A DNA stretch of 64,000 bases from Raillietiella orientalis (taxonomy: Eukaryota): positions 4,712,001-4,776,000 of the forward strand of contig JAYWIR010000002.1 in the NCBI GenBank assembly GCA_036172245.1, given 5' to 3'. How positions within the stretch are numbered: position 1 is the stretch's first letter; each line of letters starts with the position of its first letter. Below, in pieces: positions 1-12,179 of the stretch. The position numbers and the translations under genes were made by a program. Under the pieces are notes generated by a model. That model did not search any database. It had not been told where the DNA came from and saw only the letters and a list, made by a program, of their open reading frames with translations.

Positions 1-19
1 CGTAAAGTAATAAAAATAC

Positions 20-3000
20 ATTCTTCGTGGTAGGACCGTTGGTTCTACCACGTGCATAATACCCGCCGAAGAGCAGTGCGCAGACCAGCGAGGTCCGCTT
101 CGGCAGCGTCGGGGAAGGGAACAAAAACAAAAAAGTAAACAAGCAAAACAGGGGAGGGGTAATTTTACACGGGGTGGGAGAAGGGATCAAGGAAGGGATC
201 ACGGTACGCTGCCAGGCTTGTTCTGCATCCTGTTCAGGATGCTGGCAAGTTCCGTCCGTGTAGCGCCCAGGTGGGGCCACCACGAAGCGGTCTTCAGGAA
301 GATCCACACCTAGTGGATGGCGTCCCTGACATTTTGGTCTCTTCTTCTGGCATTTCAGCCAGTCGCGATCCCTCAAGAACAGCGGAGAACTGAGAGGGGC
401 GCGGCTGGTGGCAGTGCAACACCACGCACGAAAAGGCTTCTGAAAATGGCCCTGGAGCTGCTAGCCGAAAATCCGAGGGTCGTCGCGAGGCGATCCCAAA
501 GGGGTCGGAGGGCAGCACAGTCCAACAGAAGATGCGGGAGTGTCTCCTTCTTCCCACACCTGTCGCACTGAGCGTCCACGCTCCCCCCATGTCCAGTGGT
601 GGAGGCGCTCTTCTCATGGGATTCCCCCATGCAACACCAGCAACGCCGACTCCTGCCACTCGAAGGGGAGGGCGCCGCTGTTCCAGCACGCTGGGAGCCA
701 CTTCACCTCTTCAGAAAGGGTTTCGAGCAGCTCTTCCCAGCGTACAAGTCCGTGGGGTGGGACACTTGGGGTCGCAGCGTCCGTCACTTCCCGAGTTCTT
801 CACCCACCCAGAAGTCTCGTCTTTGCTGCTGTGCAGCAAGTCACATTTTTAATGATGGGAAGCCTTTGTCCCAGCTTTTTTGGGGGGAAGGAGGTTTTTT
901 TTTTCGTTCTCCGAATACTGAAGGACGTTTGCTTAGGGGTTCACAAAGTTTGCTTAGGGGTTCTCGAGTGGTGTGGACAGCATTTTGATGCTGTCCACAC
1001 CACTTGAGGGTGCCTATAGTAACTTTTCAAGTTGGGGGGTAACCCCGGAGGGACCACCTTATGAATCCAGGAAGGGATTTGGAGAGAGGAGTCTGTTCCT
1101 CTGACTCTTGACAAGGAACCCTGAAGGGAACCTCTTCCTTGTTCTTTCCTGAAGGATCCCCGGAGGGGAGACCACTCCATTATTTCTTCTCCAGAGGGAA
1201 CGCGGAAAGGATCTGCTTCCTGATTCCTCCTCCTCTGGGAATCCCAAAGGGATGCTCCCCATTTTTTCTGAAGGGTCGTCCCTCGAAGGAATCAGCACGC
1301 TTCTTGACTCTCTGGGGAGGTATCGATCAACCAGCTCCTTGGTACACGATGGAAGGCCCCTTTCCTCCCCAGAGGGAGGCGGGGACGGCTCCATTTGCAC
1401 AACCGAGGGGAACCCCAAAGGGAACGGACTCGTGTGGATCCCTTGAAGTTGACCCTGGAGGGTCGCCTTCCAACCCATCGTCAGGGCATCCGGTTTTTAC
1501 CAGCTTCTACCAGTGCCGCAACTGAATAGGCCAACCAGCGTCCTCTTGGGGTGGGGTGGGGGGGACTCGCAACCGACGGCGCACCTTTCATTTCTCTCCA
1601 TCGATCCTTCCCCGGTTGGGATTCGAGGTGCTGTAAAGTGGACAATCCGGTAGGGGTTGCGTGCGAGGTGGGGTGAAGAGCGGGAGATGGAATAAAAGAG
1701 AACCTCGAGACAATTCAGACAGTGTGAGTCGTAATCGACAAGGCCTCTCATCCCCCCCCCCTCCCTTCCTCTATCTTCGCAAGCTCCCCCGAGCATGGTC
1801 GATCACCACCGTGGGGCCGCATCCACCTCCATTTGTCCATTTATAAAATGCCCTCTCCACCCACCTTCCCCTTCCTCCTTGGTCATGTTCTCAGTGAGTC
1901 CTTCTAAAGAAGGAAGATCTTGCTGCCGTGTTCTTATTCATTTATTTGCAGTAAGTGGCCTCCGGGATGTGTCTGAATGTGAGGACCACACTCAGATCGA
2001 ACGCTCATCTCTGGTTTTCCCAGTCCTTTAGAAAAAAGGGCAAAGGGCAAGCTGGGGACGGGTTTCCTCCGTCCCTACTGGAGGATTTCCCCAAGGAGGG
2101 ACGGAGGCCATCCGAAGCTCACCTCGTTCGTGGTGCGAGCAGCAGGGAATGCGGGAACTGAAAAATCTCTCAGATGGGTGATAATGTCGTGTGTCGTTGG
2201 CTCCAGCACCAGCGCGCGAGGACGTGGGGGAGGAGGGGGGGGGGGAAGAAAGAAAGAAAAAAGAAATCAGCCAGGGCTGACCGGAAAGGAAAACCAGGAG
2301 CACCCACTTCCTCATCATTGGCAGTCAGCCATTCTGCGTAGCACTGGGGTCAATCGGTGGACTCCTTTACGTCGGAATGAAGAGGCCGAATTTTTCCAAA
2401 GGATTTTCGATTTTCGCGTGGTGGGGGGAAGGAGGTTTGGAAGGGACCCTTAGCAACGGGGAAGATCTTCATCCATATCACGGGGTTGAATTCGTGCAGG
2501 GCAAATGACGAAGGCAAACCTCGACGAGAGATAGGATCCCCCCCCCCCCTTTTCCCTTTTTTTCCCGAGTCGGTCACGACGGCGGGTGCATCTCCCTCTG
2601 GTGAGCTTCCGGGAAGCAGTAGCAGCCGCCGCGAGTCTCTCTGCGAGAAGAGTCCGACGAACCTCATCGCATCGCATGTGGAATTCTCGCATGCAGCATT
2701 TCTGTGCGGTGTTCCTCGCCTGGACGTTCGTGCCCCCAATCGCCTAGCAACGGGCGTCCATCTGCATCCCTTTTTGTTTTGTTTTTATTTGTTTGTTTGT
2801 TTTCGAGTTTCCAAATTTTAGATTCATGGGAAGAGCATGGCATCAGCCCCCTCTTCGAGCGACCATCCGGGTGTTGAGGAAGGGAAGTGCCAAGGACCCT
2901 CCCCATTAGGAACCCAGAAGTAACAGAAGACTCGCTCAGAGGCGAATGTTCTTCCTGTCTTCCTCCTTTTTTACGTCGGGAACTGACAGTATGGGGAAGT

Positions 3001-4300
3001 TGAACTCCAAGCAGCTATTGTCCCTCTTGGGGAGGGTGGGAGGAGAGGGTAAGACGGGGAGAAGGGAGGGAATCTCATCCTTCTTTGCGTTAGCCTCGAC
3101 TTCGACCTCGAAACCGCGCTCAGTTCGCAAGTTGGGCTCAAGGTGCGCGGACTGGCATCGAGAGCTTCGCTGTTGAAATCTCCGCTGGCGGACATCGGCG
3201 GAAGAGGCCCCAAGCAAGGAGCAGGACGATGCTTGCAGTCCTCCTCCTACGCAGCTAGGAACTTCGTCCCGGGAATAGTTGGCAGGATCCTCTTGCTCTT
3301 GGAAATCAAAGCCACCCGCTGCTAAGGGGGTGCCGAGTGTTATACTTCTCGTCTCCGCGTCCGAAGTGATCTTCCAGCATTTTTTCCCCGATCTCGAGGT
3401 CGTCAACCCTGAAAATCCCTGAGATTTCTCTAAGGTGCGTCTACTCGTCTGCCAACATGCGTGATTCCCCCCCTCCCCCTTTTTTTTCTTTTTCGAGGCA
3501 GTCCTTCAAGATGCTGGAGGGTGCGAGCGGAAGGATGCTGGGAGCCCCGCAAGGAATCCTTCAAGATCCTGCAGAAACTGCTGACAGATCGGGTCCACAT
3601 TTCCGGAACTCGGAGTCCACTACCGGAAGCGTCCCTCCAGAATGAAAGAAGGTGGTGGAAAACGCCTTCTTCCCTGTGCTCCGTCCAAAGGTACTTTTGA
3701 CGGCTGCTACTGGAGGCGATCTCCGGAAGCGAGTCTGTAGTCTTGTCACTGCTCCAGGGGCTTCCTGGAGCAGTGAAAGGGTGAGGAAGAGCGAGCGAGA
3801 TTCCTAGGGTGCTCTCTCCCTGGGGATGCTGGAAATGACCCAGCTTTTGCGATACACCCACTTGGAAGCATCCTGGATCTGCAAATGAAATCCCTCCCGT
3901 CTCTCCTGTCCACAGTGGGAACGTTCCCAAAACCTGACCTCAACAAGAGAGGGGATGAAACCTTAGGGCCTCTCGGGAGGAAAAAAAAATCTGCGGATTG
4001 AGCTGCCCCCTCCCACTGCTGTCGGCAGTGGACTCTAACCGCGGCTGCGTTCACAGTGATGTCAGCCTGGAATAGGCTTCATCCTGTGGGTATTTCCGGC
4101 TCTACAGGCCCTTTGCCGCTACCGCTGCGACCTCCACGACGAGCTGAATGAGCTCCCGTCCCCGATGCTGCAGTAACACCCTTAAGTTCCTGATACCTCC
4201 TCATCCTCTTCTGCTCTAGAAACGAGCGCGCATTCGTCCCCTGTCTAGAGATCGAACAGTCGATCCCCAGGAAAAACGCAGGAAGATTTGGCATGCCAGG
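20..4300 (-). mobile_element. Decayed L1/Tx1-like non-LTR element, copy A (EN + tether + post-RT + zf-RVT; RT core apparently absent)
   Basis: Minus-strand motifs in order across frameshifts: GDFN (3183-3172), LNTRMV (WKLN-like, ~2875), VAKG (~2455), HDIITHLRDF (~2190-2162), RGLVD (GGLG-like, ~1745), CDRCGKKETLPHLLLDC..LRPLW (zf-RVT, ~567-500), WWPHLGATRTELASILNRMQ, stop ~199, then T-rich tract and 3' hairpin. Sequence at 3450-4300 may be an ORF1 remnant. Confidence 0.75.
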
Positions 4301-4599
4301 ACAAAGGGGTTTCGCAAGCGCTTGATGGGGACGCATTCTGGACTACCGAACGCACGCTGGAGCGCAGCTGGCCCACCCCATTGCCCATTGCCTGCCAGTG
4401 ATGACATGGACCAGCTGCATACAGGTGACCTGTCGTACCCAAAGCACCATGCCCATGCTTCCTTCCGTGACGCTGGACCAACGTGTGAGTTTTGCCTAAA
4501 AACTCCTAGGTGGAATTTTTGGGTTTGTACCCGATCACTCCTAGAGGTTTATTTTAAAAATAAACCACAAATCAGGGGAGAAGCGGCCCCTAAATAGAA

Positions 4600-6700
4600 A
4601 AAATATGCCAAAAAAATAAAATAAAATAAATTCATTGGAGACGACCACTGGCACGCAGGTCGACTTGTAAGGAAGTCAGGAACGGGAGGAAGGGGACAGT
4701 AAATAAAGTAAAAAAAAAAAAAAGGGACAGTGGTCTTTGTTGAAATCGTTCCTTTCTCTCTAAAGGCGGCTCTGTATGGAGGCCATCTCCCTGACGACTT
4801 GCAGGTGAGGCCACCTCTTATCCGTCCTCATCAAGGCGGTTGCCATTCAGGTGGCCTCCCTTCGCTGCGAGAGAGGCTCCACCACGGAGGGGGCTGCGAC
4901 GGACGATGGCGCGGAGGCACAACAGAGTGCTGAGATCACGGTGTCCTCTGATAGTCTCCGCTGTCTTCCCCCTCCTCGCGGGAAGAAGCGCCGCAGGAAG
5001 TCCGAAGCCACGTCTGCAGGTGGCCGAAGCCCAATGCCCTCCAGGGCCCTGCAGTCCAACAGGAGATGCGGAACGACTCCATTACCCCGCACCTGGAACA
5101 GTTCGGGGAGGAAGTTGCCTCCATCCGACAACTCCCTCGGAAACCAGGAGCTTGTGCTGGTTGCACTGGCAATGCCCAGTGCAGAAACCGCAGGGTACCC
5201 CGTTCCCAACGGAGCGGGAACACGGAGGTGTCCGCCCACAGGGAAGGGGCCGCAGGATCTTTGGCAGGCACATCGAGCAGGTCGCTCCGCCGAAGGCGCC
5301 CTTCGCCAGGATTGAGGAGTGATGCGCCGTCCACCCACTCGCTTGTCTTGCAGCCGTCGAGGAGTTTCTCGACTCCTGCAGTGTTGCAGGACCACTTCCA
5401 CCCCGCCGGTTGGCTGATGTCATCGTTTGTCCTGAGGGCAGACAATGCTGCGGCAAGGGACGAGACGGCTATCTGGGACCATTGCGTCGAGTCCTGCAGG
5501 AGGACTCCCAGTGGCTTGCATAGGAGTTTCCGGAAAGAAAGAAGTTCCTCTGGGCTCAATTCCAGAGTGGCAGCCCAGGACTCCAGTGCCTCTTGCCGTC
5601 AGGCCTCCCACTATGGAGAACGGCAGGAAATGGTTGGATCTTCCGGCAGAAATCTGTCCAAACGAACTGGCTGTTCCCTGTAAGGATGCGTATCTAAGCT
5701 GCAGCTGGGAGGAAATCGCAGAGGAGAAAGTGGTCACGACGTCTCCAAACGAAATACTCTTGCGTTTCGGTCACCCTCTGGAAAACTACGTTGTGCGTGT
5801 GCGCGCTCCCTAGTGTCGCTCGCAAGCAGCCTTCATTTCTCATCTGACCACTCTCCTCAGGGAGACATCGTTGAATGGAACCGCGGCAGCTAATTGAAAA
5901 GCATTCATAAATGTCAATCAGATGCCAAAGAGGTTCAAAGAAAGGGAATGGTGTTGAGAAAAGCATCTCCCCCAGCCGAAAGGTCCAAGAAGAACAAGCA
6001 TCCATCTTTGTTGTTACAAAGATGGATGCTCAGCATTAAGGGTCAGAGATGGCTCTGGTGACTGAAGCCTTCGCTGGAAGCCGCTTCGGAAAATTTCGGA
6101 AATCCATCCAAATGCGCTCGCACTCAAAAGAGTCTGATTACTCGACAGCAACTCTTGGAAACTTGGTGGTTTGGTTTCTCCTTCTTCGGAGACAGAAAGA
6201 GATCCGGAAGATGGCAGCTGGTATCTTTTTTTTGTGCTGCGTTTCTCTGCTAGTAGATTCTGGGATCTTGTTCAGCTTCCGTGCCGGAGATCCTTACCAA
6301 CAGCTGTTCCTACTGAAAATCAAGGAATTTTCTTTTCCCCTCAGAACTCTCATGTGGTCCAAAACAATGTGGCAGTCGGGCGATGGCTCGTGGAGACTGG
6401 AATGCGAGGACTTTTCTTAACTTGGATGCAAGATCGAAACTGCACTCTAGTGATGTCTCATCCTGGGAATAAAATAGTCTTTTTGTTTTTGTTTTTATCA
6501 CCACCCCTTGCCTGAAGCAAATTGTGCAGAATGCGGACACATTCGTTGCGCATGCTCGAGGTCTGCAACGCTCACTTGTTTGGTTCTCCTTTTCATCCCA
6601 CCAGAAACTTATCAAAGTTTAAGTTGTGCGCCCATACCCATTAGCCCTTTGGGCTGTACCCTCTTCTTAATTCAGTCCCCGATAAGACTTCAGAGGATCT
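4600..6700 (-). mobile_element. Decayed L1/Tx1-like element, copy B
   Basis: RQGVVIKTK (ARG..IRSR-like, ~6510), HIVLDHMRVL (~6360), RLGEM (~5975), MRNEGC shared with copies A and C (~5840), CSRCGVMES/PHLLLDCRAL zinc finger (~5100-5045), RWPHL (~4810), T-rich tail. Confidence 0.7.
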
Positions 6701-7949
6701 TTGATGGATTCTAATGATTTCGTTTACTTTCTCGTTACTGGTATTTGAGTGAGGATTCCGTGCTTCTTAATCATTGTCACTTAATTTGATGACCTGGAAT
6801 AAGTTATTGATTGATCGCTGATTCTTTTTTTCCACGGCTAATTCCCCTTCGGCAGGCACCGAAACTGTTTCTAAATGAATTCCTGATTTGTAATCCGATA
6901 TAAATTGCAGCAGACTCCCGTGTAACGCGGGTACGCTCTGCTCCATGCGAAATTCGCGTTGTACGAGCGCCCTGTGAGTTATACAGGGATAATATGATAG
7001 ATATCACGTACAAAAGGTACAAAACGTATCTGAAACGTTGTAGCGATTGAATATGCACTGCTTTGACTTAAAACAAGTAGATAGAAAATTGGAAGTATGT
7101 ATTATTTAACTTGAAGGAAAAAAAAAAAAAACAATCATCTTCCCATACCATTTCTCTCCATATGAATAAAATGGGGTTCAAGCTAATGAAACGGTGCGTT
7201 AAAGGCAGCCAAACCGACACGGCGCCACGAAATCCAAATTCATCCACAGCGCCGTACGGGGCTGATTTGCCACCGCGCTATACGAGGGCTGCCGCATTTT
7301 TCTTCGCCACGTTATACGGAGGTCTACTGCATTTGCACTTAGTTATGAAACGTAACCAGAATCATTGTGCTCTTCTCTTCCAGAAGAGCTTCCTCGGATC
7401 TCGATCTCTACTCGTGCCACCCTCGAGGAAAGGTGAGCAAGCAAGGTCACGCGCTCTTTCGAACCAGTCAGAACCCCCTCCCGTATCTTCCCCCAGGTCT
7501 TGCAGACTCAGGCACCGTGATCCCACTTTTCCATTCAGCAGACGGGACAATCCACCGTCCACATGCCGTGCCTCCAGTGCGCCTGGAGCTAACAGACAAG
7601 AAGAAGAACGCAGTCTGCCTCCGGGATCCGCGCTCACCCCTAACATTTCTTTTTTTTTTTTTTTTCCGAGCATCACGGAAACGGCCGGCGTTTTGTTCGA
7701 CGCTTCCTCCTGAACGCGAGGATTGCACGATTCACACACGAACGAGCAGCATGGGAATGGACCTCGCATTGGAAACGGTCCACGGCGACATTCCCACGAT
7801 TACTTATCAATCAGCGTGAATTCGCCTCACTCGCAGGCATTTGACCACAAAGTCAGCTTTGCTAGGACGGGCAACGGGTCGAGTTGCTTTCTCTCTCCGC
7901 TTCCATTAATGGCTTTTTTTCTCGATGGACTGAGTGCACCCCCCACACA

Positions 7950-8140
7950 TATGTATATGAACATACATACTCAGTCTCTCTCTCTATATATACATGTGTC
8001 TCTCTCTATATATACACTATATATATGTATATATATATATATAGTGGGTATATATATATACATACACACGCAGAGACACACAAACAGATACACACACATA
8101 CATATATATATATCATAGATATGTGTATGCATATGCAATA
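7950..8140. repeat. Compound (TA)n/(CA)n/(TC)n microsatellite
   Basis: Direct reading: tatatatacatgtgtctctctctatatatacac... over ~190 nt. Confidence 0.95.
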
Positions 8141-8149
8141 GGAGTTGTA

Positions 8150-9110
8150 GACTCTTATAGGAGTAGGCAGCGGCCTTGGCTTGCGCCCTCTTCCTCAGCC
8201 TCATCCCTCTCATTGCAGCTTTTCGCTCCATTGGAAGAGCGTTCGGACTCCTCATCAGATCTGCATGCCGATCCGATTTCGTGACCGTCACGCCAGAGAC
8301 GAGTCGCGAGGTCTTCTTCTCTGGTTCAGTCCGCATGTTGTTGTCCGATGTGTCACTTCCCATGGTATGCGGCGGGGACTCGTGTCGATGCCATCCTGCC
8401 CACGCCGACTCCCGAGTCGGAGGACCCGAACGCCCGAACGTGCGTCACCCAGGCTGGATTCAGGCTCCTTGCCCCGTTACCTCCCGCCCTGGGAAGGGTT
8501 GGATGGATCTCTTTGAGTCGTGGTGTGGGGCTGCTCGAGCCCGAGCGCGCGCGCGTCGGTCAAGAGCTCGCTCGCCCACGAACAGAAAAAGGCTGGAGCC
8601 TCGCGCGAAGCCGAGAGGCGATCCTCGTGCCCAGCGAAGACGGTCCATCTCTCTGGGCACCTTTGTGTTGCGCCAAAGTACGCCATCACGAAGAGTGCTG
8701 GGATGCCTTTCGGGAAGTCGGGGAGCAGTAAGCTGCGTCTCCCATGGGATTTGGGGGGAGGAAAGGGGGGGGGCTGCCAACAGCGCCGTCCTCGCAGTGG
8801 CTGGCGGCCTTTTGCTTTCCCTGAAATCCCGACTCGGTCCCCGTGCTCGTGGCTGAGATGCGAGTGCCACTCCAGACGGAGCATTGTTTCGTGCGACCGC
8901 GGGAATGCCTCTTCCTCTCTGAGCAGCCCGGCGTCATCCCGGATCCCGGACTGGTTCCAAGACGTCTCGGAACCGTTACGGGGCAGGCCATACTGAAGAG
9001 GAAACCGGACGCGGGCTCGGTCAGGGGCTCCTCTGGGAGTCCCGCCGATTTACAGCAGAGCTCCGGAAACCTCTGATGATAAAACAGGGGTGCCAAGTTC
9101 GCACTCACGC
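8150..9110 (-). mobile_element. L1/Tx1-like endonuclease/tether fragment, copy F
   Basis: SRDFRE (GDFN-like), HPSTLRDGVLWRNTKVPREMDRL (HP..TW..SRIDR-like) and ERKAAMRGMRLRKRA (ARG..IRSRA-like). Ends at the microsatellite. Confidence 0.5.
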
Positions 9111-11149
9111 GTTTCCCTTAGCGTTGCTTTCTTCCCCGTCACAGCCGTCCGTGTTCCCGAGAAAAACGCATGCAGCAAGAGGCGTGTGTCCGTGCTCGTC
9201 CCGCGGAGCCTGAGAGAAGACCACGAAGGACAGCAGGGAGCGTGCACGCGGGAACACGCGTGTCCGCGCACGAAAGCACGCAGGCATGCGCGCGTAACGG
9301 AGACTGCAGAATGCCGCAGCGGTCACATGCTCACCCGTGGGGCGCGCGTAGGAACGCACGGACGTAGCAGAAATAACAGGGGTAGCAAGCAGCCGCTGCC
9401 CAAAGCTGTCAAGACGCGGGACTTTGACGAGACGTGAGGGGAACTCTGGATTCGTTCCCAAATTGGATTTGCTCCTCATCTGACAAAACGCTTCAAGCAC
9501 CGATGGATTATCTCACCGGAGATCAAAGAGAAGAATAGGAAAAGATGCTCTCACTCTCTCTCTCTCTCCCCCTCTCTCTCTGCCCAGAGTACTGAAGATT
9601 TTCGGAGGATGCGATCGAGAAGAGAGACGGGCACGTCGGACACACGTCGACCCCCGCTTCTCCCCGCGACCGCGATGTGTGCGATGCAAGTGGGAAGTGA
9701 AGCAGAGCGGAAAATCAATCACCGGACGTCACGCATGGGTTTGCGCGACCACTCGCCCTGACGCAAGGCTGCGTGCGCCATGCCGGAACTGGCAGGCGCG
9801 CGCGCGGCGACGGGAGAACTGCTGAGGTGTCGCCGTGGAACGCTCCCTTGCTGCATGGGACTTTCGTCTTTGCAGCGAGACCCGAGTCCCTGTTAGGCAT
9901 CCATCTTCTTTACGGGCAGTTCTCGGCTTTGACTGCTGTAAATCAGCGGCTGTCGTCGTCAGTCGACCGACAGCCCCCTTTGCTGGCGCTTTTTTTTTTT
10001 TTTGGCTTCCCTCGTCTTGTTTATTTTCATGCATGCATCGCACTCGTTGATCTTCGTCCGCTGGAATCTGATCCTCCCACTCGCAGAACTCCCGTTCTTA
10101 GGAAGCACCTGGAACTCGCGACACGCAAGACCACGGCAGCCTGCATATGCTCGCGCGCACCCGCGAGTGGGTACTCGCGGGAACTCGTGTGCCAGTTCCG
10201 CGGCGGGGCATCCTAGTACGCGCGTGCGATTTGTGCACGTGACCCCGTGAGAGGACCCAGGCGCAGCAGCCACTGCAAACAAGCCCGAGAAAGAGGCGAG
10301 AACCACGGGACGTTGCTACGCTTTTCTGTACGCGCGCCCCTGTCCGTCAGCTGCCGTGGGGTGAGGATCCACTTTCAGCGGTGGCGCGCGCATGGGCGCA
10401 GAGACCGCTCGCTCTCCCCACATCACGAACGCGTGTGCAGCCTGCCCCGACACGGGGCACGCAGCTACGCATCTGCCGATAGGATATGAAAGCGAGAGAC
10501 CCCCGTGCTCTACTCCCACGCAACCGCTGTCGCGCTGCTGCCATCGATTCTTTGCGCGCTCGCGGTTGCCATCGCTCGACGCCAAACTGCAATCGGCGAA
10601 CGCCCGCCCGAGAAGACTGCAAGGCCGAGGGCTCCGCTGCGGCCCCCTCGAAGCAGGCAATTTTTTTTTTCCCCCTCCGTGTTCCACAGCAGCGGCATTC
10701 TGGGTGCATCCTCGCGAGCAAGTGGCAAACCCACCGCTCGTCTCTGTTGCCTCTCTCCCCCGCATTGCGTTCACCCCCGGCGCTAGGTAAGCAGTGGAGC
10801 TGCCCACCCCAAGGACCACTTCGAGCATCCATCACCGCTAGCGAAACGAGCTCCTCTCGGACCCGGTCCAAGGAGGATCAAAAGGTCTCCAGGTCTCTCC
10901 TCACGAGCCGGAGAGGGTGGACTCTCTTTAGTCACCTTCCCTTCGTTGCGAAGAGCCGTCCTGAACATTCTCGTTTCCTCCTCCCCTCCTGCTCCCTTCC
11001 TCTTCTTTCTCTCTTCCTCCCTTCCTCTTCCTTATTCAGAAAGGAAAGGGGGCCCACGCGTGAAATGGGTTGTCTCAGTTCCACGGCAGTGCAGGGTCTA
11101 CCGCGAGGGATGCGCAGTGGGCAGCAGGAAACGCACAGAGGCGTCCTCC

Positions 11150-12130
11150 TGGTTCATTCGCGTTTGCACCCACGGTGACCGAGCCAAAATGCCCCCGGCC
11201 TTCCATCCATCAAGGACTCAGCGGTCCTCACAGCAAGCCTGCTTTGTCTTCAAGGAGGGACTGATGGACGAGCATGGCTGCTGTGCATGACTCTTCCCCC
11301 ATGAAGGAGAGCACACCGGAAGAGGAGAAGCTGCGCAGTAAGGAGTTGCCCTTAGACGGATGTGGAAGCGCCGCTTTGTCTTGGCTTCCGAGGAAGGAAG
11401 AGTGAATCAGTGTCCCAGGCGCGTCTTCTACTCCCTGCTGGAGCCAACTTGGATCTCGTGTCGATGAGATGTGGGAAAGAGGAGGTTGCAGGTTTATCCT
11501 CCTCTCCCGATCCGCTCCAGGTAGCTTAGATCTGCCCTCGGGGAAGGGCAGGGAGCCTTTTGATTTCCTGTCCTCCCACCAGGCGGTTCGCATTCTCCTG
11601 TGTCCGCGCTCTCCGAGGAGGAAGAGTGGACCACCCGGAGCATCCACGGAGACCCCGGTGGATGGCGAGATGGCCCCTGGAGCTAGAACCAAGTGATCTG
11701 TCATGTGACTCTCGGAACGCGACTGCCTTTCGGAGGACTGGCGGCACGAGCCACCGCTTCGATAGATCGGTCCCGGGCGACCGAACCGAGATCCCCTCCT
11801 CTTTGTGCCTCGGGCTCACTTCTTGCCAAAACAAAAAGATGAAGGACGCAAGCGACGCTACCGGGGGAATCTCGAGATGCTTCCGGACACTCCTCTCGGA
11901 GCACTGCCGACTGCAGTCCTCCGGTGAGCGAGCTTCAGGGAGCGTCTCGAAGAGGGCGCCGAAGAGCTCCTAGGGGAGATGAAGGAGTCCGAGTCCTGGC
12001 TGTCGATGGTGCCAGAGCACGACGCTCTCTTCCACTCCATTCCAGCCCTCCCCAGTTCTCCGTAACGACGACAGTGGCGCGCCCTGGTGGAATAGCGGCG
12101 ATTCCTCACGCGCGCATCAGCTCAGAAGGC
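11150..12130 (+). mobile_element. L1/Tx1-like endonuclease/tether fragment, copy G
   Basis: CRFILLSRSAP..FDFL..RILL (NVYAP..FF..L..IL-like), FRRTGGTSHRFDR, TGGISRCFRTLL (G.G.WKLN..LL-like), TTVARPGG. Confidence 0.5.
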
Positions 12131-12179
12131 AGCAGCAGAGAAGAAAAAAAAACCGCCCGCACGCGCACACATACACACA

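Noticed and set aside
928-965. gtttgcttaggggtt repeated twice (telomere-like ttagggg)
   Set aside because: A single 21-nt local tandem duplication, not a telomeric array.
1090-1460. CRISPR-like periodicity of ~35 nt
   Set aside because: Units are degenerate and contiguous with no repeat-spacer structure; eukaryotic context with no cas genes.
7279-7360. tatacgagggctg resembling a mariner TIR start
   Set aside because: No matching inverted partner or transposase sequence found nearby.
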